From Vicinamibacteria bacterium (lineage in GTDB: Bacteria; Acidobacteriota; Vicinamibacteria; Marinacidobacterales; Marinacidobacteraceae), in assembly GCA_964291235.2 (NCBI GenBank), contig OZ219816.1, positions 608,001 through 672,000 of the forward strand: a stretch of DNA of 64,000 nucleotides, in the 5' to 3' direction. Below, in pieces: positions 58,773-64,000 of the stretch. The notes under the pieces are model-generated. The model was not told where the DNA came from, did not search any database, and worked only from the letters and a program-made list of their open reading frames with translations. Within the stretch, counting starts at the first letter, position 1, and every line of letters begins with the position of its first letter. A program made the position numbers and the translations under genes.

Positions 58773-59905
58773 GCAGCTCGCGGTCGCCAGGCGCTCTGGC
58801 TCCGAAGGCTCCGACCTCGGACGCCAGGGGCCGGCTCCACCGTTTCCTCGGCAGTTCCCGGGCGCTGGCGCCGGAGTTCGCCGCGGAGGTGGCCGTCGAG
58901 CCCCTGGTCAAGGAGGCCGGCGAACGGGTCTATTTCCGGATTCGCCCCGCGGCCCCGGTCACCCGCGAAACGGGGACGGATGCGAGAACCCTCGTCCTCT
59001 GCGTCATGGCCGAACCGTACGCGCCCGGGACGCTGCCGTTTGCGAATTCCACGCTGCTGTACGAGGAACTCGGCGTTCGGACACCGAGGATTCTGGAAGA
59101 GGCTCCGGCACTCGGAGTGATTGCGCTCGAAGATCTCGGAGACGATCTGCTCCAGACGATTGCGCTCGCGGGCGACCCCGAGGTGTCGGCGCTCTACGAC
59201 GAGGCCGTGGAGATCATCTGCCGGATCCAGCACGAAGGCGCTCGCATTGCCGGGACGCGGGCGGCGAGCCGCTTCCGCGCGTATTCCGCGCACCTCGACT
59301 CCTCCCTTTTCCTGCGGGAACTCCTGTTCTTTTCCGAGCATTTCCTGACGGACTGCGCCGGGGTGCGGCCGAGCGGCCCGGCCGGCCGGGAGATCGAGTC
59401 GCTCTGGGCGGGGCTCGCCGAGGAAGCGGCCAGTGGTCCGGCGGCGCTCGCCCATCGGGACTTCCACTCTCGGAATCTGATCGCGAGCGCCGACTCCGAA
59501 GCCTCGGTCGCCGCCCGGGCTCTACGAGTGATCGACCACCAGGATTCCCGCATGGGACCGCGCTCCTACGATCTGATGTCCCTCGTCCGCGATCCGTACG
59601 TAGCGGGGGGCGGCGCTGCGCGGATGCCGTTTCGGGAAGACGAACTGATCGGGCGTTTCGTGGACGCGGCCGGCATTCGCGGGAGTCCGGAGGAACGGCG
59701 CGCCGAGTTCGATGCGGTGGCGCTGCAGCGCAACCTGAAGGCGCTCGGCACCTACGGTTTCCAGGTTTCCCGGCGGGACAACGATGTCTATCGCGGCTAC
59801 ATTGCACCGACCTTGCAGATGGTTCGGGACAACCTCGAACGTCACTCGGAACGCGCCGACCGCCGCCGCCTGCGGAGACTCCTGGCGGACGTTCCCGACC
59901 GCTGA
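58769..59905 (+). CDS. Aminoglycoside phosphotransferase family kinase (AmgK-like)
   Basis: RVYFR, LEDLGD, HRDFHSRNL, IDHQD, YDLMSL.RDPY, QRNLKALGTYG; TTG overlaps the upstream stop. Confidence 0.85.
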   Translation: MSSSRSPGALAPKAPTSDARGRLHRFLGSSRALAPEFAAEVAVEPLVKEAGERVYFRIRPAAPVTRETGTDARTLVLCVMAEPYAPGTLPFANSTLLYEELGVRTPRILEEAPALGVIALEDLGDDLLQTIALAGDPEVSALYDEAVEIICRIQHEGARIAGTRAASRFRAYSAHLDSSLFLRELLFFSEHFLTDCAGVRPSGPAGREIESLWAGLAEEAASGPAALAHRDFHSRNLIASADSEASVAARALRVIDHQDSRMGPRSYDLMSLVRDPYVAGGGAARMPFREDELIGRFVDAAGIRGSPEERRAEFDAVALQRNLKALGTYGFQVSRRDNDVYRGYIAPTLQMVRDNLERHSERADRRRLRRLLADVPDR

Positions 59906-59932
59906 CACGTACACTCCCACGCCGCTTCCTTC

Positions 59933-61291
59933 ATGTCCGCAGAACCCGCCCGCACCCCGACCGAGTCCTGGAAGGATCGGCGTCTCCCGACGATTGCGTC
60001 GCTGAAGCGGATTCTTGCCGGGAGCAGCTCACCGGATGGAGTCCCGGCCACTCTCCGGGGCTGGCTGGCGGGGAGGCGCTCGAGCGGCAAGCTGCTCTTC
60101 TTGAGTTTCCGGGACGGTTCCGGCTTTGCCCAGGTCGTCGTCGTGAAGTCGGCGGTTTCCGCCGATGCCTTCGAGACCGCCAGGCACTGCCCGCTCGAGA
60201 GTGCGGTCGAGATCGTCGGCGCCGCCTTTGCCGACCCGCGCGCACCCGGAGGCATGGAGATCCGCGCCTCCGGCTTTTCGGTCCTCCATGCCGCCGATCC
60301 GTATCCGATCACCCCGAAGGAACACGGCGCGTCATTTCTGCTGGACCACCGGCACCTGTGGTTGCGGTCGAAAAGGCAGCACGCCCTGCTCCGGATCCGC
60401 GACGAAGTTCTTCACGCCTTTCGGGAATACCTGCGGGAACAGGACTTCGTCAATGCCGACACGCCGATCTTTACGCCGAACGCCTGCGAGGGGACGACCA
60501 CCCTTTTTGAAACCCGCTACTTCGATCGCCAGGCCTATCTGAGCCAGAGCGGCCAGCTCTACAACGAGGCCGTCGCCATGTCGGTTGGACGGACGTATTG
60601 CCTGGGTCCCACTTTTCGGGCCGAGAAGTCCAAGACCCGGCGTCATCTCATCGAGTTCTGGATGCTGGAGCCCGAAGTCGCCTTCGCCGAACTCGGGGAC
60701 ATCATCGACCTCGCGGAGGGATTGATCTGTCACGCCGTTTCCCGGATCCTGGAAAACCGGGGGGCCGAGCTGGAAGTCCTCGGCAGGGATCCCGAACCGC
60801 TCCGTCGCATTCGGGCTCCATTTCCCCGGGTTACCTATGACGAGGCAGCCGAGATCCTCGCCGGCAAGGGAACCGGCTTCACCCCGGGAGATGATTTCGG
60901 GGCGCAGGACGAGACCGCCCTGACCGAAGACCTGGATCGGCCGCTTTGTGTCACCCACTTCCCCGCGGCCATCAAGGCCTTCTACATGGAGCCCGATCCC
61001 GAGCGCCAGGACCGGGTTCTTTGTCTCGACATCATCGCTCCGGAGGGATACGGCGAGGTTGTCGGCGGTGGCCAGCGCATCCACGACCACGAATTGCTAC
61101 GCCAGCGAGTCCGGGAACACGACCTGCCGGAAGATGCCTTCGAGTGGTATCTCGACCTGCGGCGCTACGGAACGACTCCGCACTCCGGGTTCGGGCTCGG
61201 AATTGAGCGTTTCGTCGCCTGGATGTCCGGCCTTTCGCATCTCCGGGAAGCGATTCCGTTCCCTCGCACGCTCTACCGGCTGGCCCCATGA
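59933..61291 (+). CDS. asnS: Asparagine--tRNA ligase
   Basis: RHLWLR, EGTTTLF, YLSQSGQLY, FRAEKSKTRRHLIEFWM, KAFYM, YLDLRRYG, GFGLGIER. Confidence 0.96.
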   Translation: MSAEPARTPTESWKDRRLPTIASLKRILAGSSSPDGVPATLRGWLAGRRSSGKLLFLSFRDGSGFAQVVVVKSAVSADAFETARHCPLESAVEIVGAAFADPRAPGGMEIRASGFSVLHAADPYPITPKEHGASFLLDHRHLWLRSKRQHALLRIRDEVLHAFREYLREQDFVNADTPIFTPNACEGTTTLFETRYFDRQAYLSQSGQLYNEAVAMSVGRTYCLGPTFRAEKSKTRRHLIEFWMLEPEVAFAELGDIIDLAEGLICHAVSRILENRGAELEVLGRDPEPLRRIRAPFPRVTYDEAAEILAGKGTGFTPGDDFGAQDETALTEDLDRPLCVTHFPAAIKAFYMEPDPERQDRVLCLDIIAPEGYGEVVGGGQRIHDHELLRQRVREHDLPEDAFEWYLDLRRYGTTPHSGFGLGIERFVAWMSGLSHLREAIPFPRTLYRLAP

Positions 61292-62697
61292 AGCCGACCA
61301 CGGTGGGGCTGGTGAGCCTCGGATGCGCGAAGAACCTTCTCGACAGCGAAGTCATGGCCGGCGTCCTCACGAGCCGCGGCTTCGAGATGACCTCCGACCC
61401 GGCGAACGCGGAGGCGCTGATCGTGAACACCTGCGGGTTCATCGGTCCCGCCAAGGAGGAGGGGATCGGAAAGATCCTCGAGCTGGCGCGGCTCAAGAGC
61501 GAGGGCCGCTGTCGGCGCCTGGTGGTCGCCGGATGCCTTGCGCAACGGTACGCGAGCGAACTCACCCGCGAGATTCCCGAGATCGATGCCGTCATCGGGC
61601 TCGATGAAGTCGAGCGGATCGGCGATGTGCTGGAGGCGCCCGACCGGCGGACCCCTCCACTGCGCGCCGATCACTCGGTCACCTGGCTCTACGACCACAC
61701 CACCCCCCGGATCCGTTCCACTCCGCCGCACATCGCCTACATCAAGGTGGCGGAGGGCTGCGACTATCCGTGCTCCTTCTGCGTGATCCCGCAGATCCGC
61801 GGCCACTTCCGCAGTCGCGATCCCGATTCCGTCCTCGCCGAGGCCGAATCGCTGGCCCGTACGGGGACCCGGGAACTCGTCCTGGTCGCCCAGGACACGA
61901 CCGCCTACGGCAAGGATCTCGGCATCCGGCACGGCCTTGCCAGGCTGCTGCGCGAACTCGCGGAGGTCAGCGGGATCGCCTGGGTACGGTTCCTCTACGC
62001 CTACCCGACGACCCTCGACGACGAGGTTCTCGCCGCGATGGCGGATGTCCCCGAGGTGTGTCGCTACGTGGACATCCCGCTGCAGCACGCGAGCCGGCGG
62101 GTGCTGCGGGATATGCGCCGTCCGGGAAATCGGGAGAGCAACGGGCGCCTGTTGGCGCGGATCCGCGACGCGGTGCCGGGAGTGGCGATACGAAGCACCT
62201 TCATCGTCGGATTCCCCGGCGAAACCGAAGCCGAGTTCCAGGAACTCTTCGAGTTTGTGGAAGCGTCCCGATTCGACGCCATGGGTGCGTTCTTGTATTC
62301 GAACGAGGAATCGGCGGGTTCGTTCGTTGACAACGAAGTGGTGTCGGAGACCGAGAAAGAGGACCGCCGGGCCCGGCTGATGGAGTTGCAACGCGGCATC
62401 GCGCTGGCTCGGCACCGCGAGATGATCGGGAGCGTGGTTCCGGTCCTGGTGGACGGAACCGCCGAGGAAAGCGAACTGCTGACCGCCGGCCGCACCGAGA
62501 AGCAGGCGCCGGATGTGGACTCCCGCATCCTCATCGTGGACGGCGTAGCTCCGGTGGGCGAGTTCGTGGATGTGAAGATCACCGAGGCTCATCCGGAGGA
62601 TCTGGTGGGCGAAGCGGTTTCCGCGCCTTCCGCGGCACCCGACTTCGCCCGGACCGGTAGCGCTTCGGAAGCCCTGAGCGGCACTTCGCCGGTCTGA
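61288..62697 (+). CDS. rimO: Ribosomal protein S12 methylthiotransferase
   Basis: SLGCAKNLLDSE, VNTCGFI, GCLAQRY, KVAEGCDYPCSFCVIP, AQDTTAYG, YAYP, DIPLQH, APDVD. Confidence 0.95.
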   Translation: MKPTTVGLVSLGCAKNLLDSEVMAGVLTSRGFEMTSDPANAEALIVNTCGFIGPAKEEGIGKILELARLKSEGRCRRLVVAGCLAQRYASELTREIPEIDAVIGLDEVERIGDVLEAPDRRTPPLRADHSVTWLYDHTTPRIRSTPPHIAYIKVAEGCDYPCSFCVIPQIRGHFRSRDPDSVLAEAESLARTGTRELVLVAQDTTAYGKDLGIRHGLARLLRELAEVSGIAWVRFLYAYPTTLDDEVLAAMADVPEVCRYVDIPLQHASRRVLRDMRRPGNRESNGRLLARIRDAVPGVAIRSTFIVGFPGETEAEFQELFEFVEASRFDAMGAFLYSNEESAGSFVDNEVVSETEKEDRRARLMELQRGIALARHREMIGSVVPVLVDGTAEESELLTAGRTEKQAPDVDSRILIVDGVAPVGEFVDVKITEAHPEDLVGEAVSAPSAAPDFARTGSASEALSGTSPV

Positions 62698-62741
62698 CGC
62701 GGTTCTCCCAGGCAGCCAGCCGTCTCCCTTGCGGCCATTAG

Positions 62742-62974
62742 CAGCCTGTGGTGAAACCCCCGTGAGCGCCGAGGCCCCCACCGGGAGAACTGGGGGTGAG
62801 GCCCAGTTCTCCCGGTGGGGGCCCGGCTGACCCAGTTCTCCCGGTGGGGGCGGCGCGTGAGGGAGGAATACCGAGTGTATTTCGACCGAAACGCAACGAT
62901 GAGCGCCTCATGGAGGCGCGGTTCAGGCGGGATGCATCGCCCGGCGAACGCCGCGGGGGTTTTGCCACAGGCTG
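62742..62974. mobile_element. MITE, 233 bp
   Basis: TIRs CAGCCTGTGGTGAAACCCCCG / CGGGGGTTTTGCCACAGGCTG; flanks TTAG / TTAA; core shared with the other copies. Confidence 0.9.
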
Positions 62975-63010
62975 TTAAATCTGCTGTAAGTGGGAGAGCT
63001 CCCTCTGGGG

Positions 63011-63060
63011 TATAATCAGTCGTTCGGGTGCGGCCGGTGTGGGGTCGCTCCCTTTTGTTT
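63011..63060 (+). promoter_or_regulatory. Putative -10 box and rimP-leader-like hairpin
   Basis: TATAAT at 63011-63016; GGGG-TCGCT-CCCC followed by TTTTGTTT upstream of rimP-nusA. Confidence 0.55.
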
Positions 63061-63197
63061 CATGACCCGTCGCACTCCGGTGCGGCGGGTTTTCTCCGAT
63101 CCCCCAATTTCGAGAGGCTCTACGTATTTCGCACGAAGAACCCGACCCGCGGCGCCTTCAACGAGCGGGCGACGATCTCAATGCGCAGATCGAAGGA

Positions 63198-63674
63198 TTG
63201 GCGCGACGAGCAGCGGCGAGTGCTCAGGTTGAGTTGGCATGGATCGAGATCAAGGGCCCGCGCAGCGGGCGTCGAGTACGAGTCTTCATCGAGCGAACCG
63301 ACGATGCGGTAGGACTGGCCGAGTGCGAACGGATGAACGAAAAGCTCTCCGCCCTCCTCGACCTGGAGGATCCGATCCCAGGTTCCTACACGCTGGAGGT
63401 GAGCACTCCGGGACTCGATCGTCCCTTGCACTCGGCCGAGGAATGTCGGCGGTTTCTCGGGCGGCGAGTGCGGATCCGCCACCGGACGGAGACGCGCAAG
63501 GACACCGTGACGGCAACCCTGCGGGCGGTGGAGGGGGACGCCGTCCTTTGCCTGAATGGGCCCGACGGAGAGCGGCGGATCGCGTGGAGCGCCGTGGTCG
63601 CCGCTCGTCTCGCTCCGGACTTCGAAGCCCTGTTCGGAAGACGTCCCGGCGACCGGAGGCGCCTGTCGACCTGA
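63198..63674 (+). CDS. rimP: Ribosome maturation factor RimP
   Basis: VRVFIE, LDLEDPIPGSYTLEVSTPGLDRPL; TTG start uncertain, the frame is open further upstream without an ATG. Confidence 0.92.
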   Translation: MARRAAASAQVELAWIEIKGPRSGRRVRVFIERTDDAVGLAECERMNEKLSALLDLEDPIPGSYTLEVSTPGLDRPLHSAEECRRFLGRRVRIRHRTETRKDTVTATLRAVEGDAVLCLNGPDGERRIAWSAVVAARLAPDFEALFGRRPGDRRRLST

Positions 63675-64000
63675 TGGCCGCTATCGAAGAACTCGCCGTC
63701 GAGGTAGATCGGGCCGAAATCATCGCGGGCGTGGAGCAGGCGGCCGGACTCGCCGCGTCGAGGAGTAGCGGCCGTTCCCTCAGCGCCCGCCTCGATTCCG
63801 AAGAAGGCCGCCTCGTGTGTTACGTCGTGAAGCGGGTGGCCACGGAAGTGGAGGACCCCGAATCCGAGGTCGCCGCCGATGCGGCCCCGGAAGGATCTTC
63901 GCCGGGCGATCTGGTGGAGATGCCGGTTCCCTTCGGCACTGCCGCCCGCAGCGCCGCCCGAGCGGCGCGCGCCGTGCTCGAGGCGCGTCTTGGAGCTGCC
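63674..64000 (+). CDS. nusA: Transcription termination factor NusA, N-terminal part (3' truncated by window edge)
   Basis: ATG overlaps the rimP stop; MAAIEEL...KRVATEVEDPESEV...GDLVEMP...ARSAARAARAVL resembles the NusA NTD; rimP-nusA synteny. Confidence 0.75.
   Translation, partial: MAAIEELAVEVDRAEIIAGVEQAAGLAASRSSGRSLSARLDSEEGRLVCYVVKRVATEVEDPESEVAADAAPEGSSPGDLVEMPVPFGTAARSAARAARAVLEARLGAA

Noticed and set aside
62738-62978. Small ORFs inside MITEs (MAKPPRR..., also 27340-27570)
   Set aside because: They are products of the repeated non-coding element; no RBS or protein-family signal.
62962-63016. MITE-supplied -35 (TTGCCA) forming a hybrid promoter with the rimP TATAAT
   Set aside because: The spacing is 43 bp, far from 17 bp.

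Overview
High-GC bacterial chromosomal window of mostly housekeeping genes: pheT 3' end, a split his operon (hisZGDCBHA converging on hisF-hisIE), mtaB, nrdJ, glpX, valS, metK, fused lptFG, smc, murU/amgK-like pair, asnS, rimO, rimP and the 5' end of nusA. The gene mix (fused LptF-LptG, SpoIVB/S55 protease plus beta-propeller partner, DUF6600-like protein) suggests Acidobacteriota; this is inference only. Main signals not explained by the ORF track: (1) a DCC1/DUF393-like thiol-disulfide oxidoreductase gene with an in-frame TGA at the first Cys of its CxxC motif followed by a SECIS-like hairpin (probable selenoprotein, 21990-22406); (2) a single-chain RNase III with two RNase III domains, one apparently dead, and two dsRBDs; (3) tandem NrdR-type boxes upstream of nrdJ and also of smc; (4) a MITE family carrying an apparently independently mobile 18-bp module; (5) an IS3 element inserted into the loop of a REP-like palindrome whose family also forms a mosaic array; (6) a frameshifted beta-propeller gene and a Fic protein with a degenerate motif. 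No CRISPR array, rRNA or canonical tRNA was found. Start codons were chosen by eye and some are uncertain.
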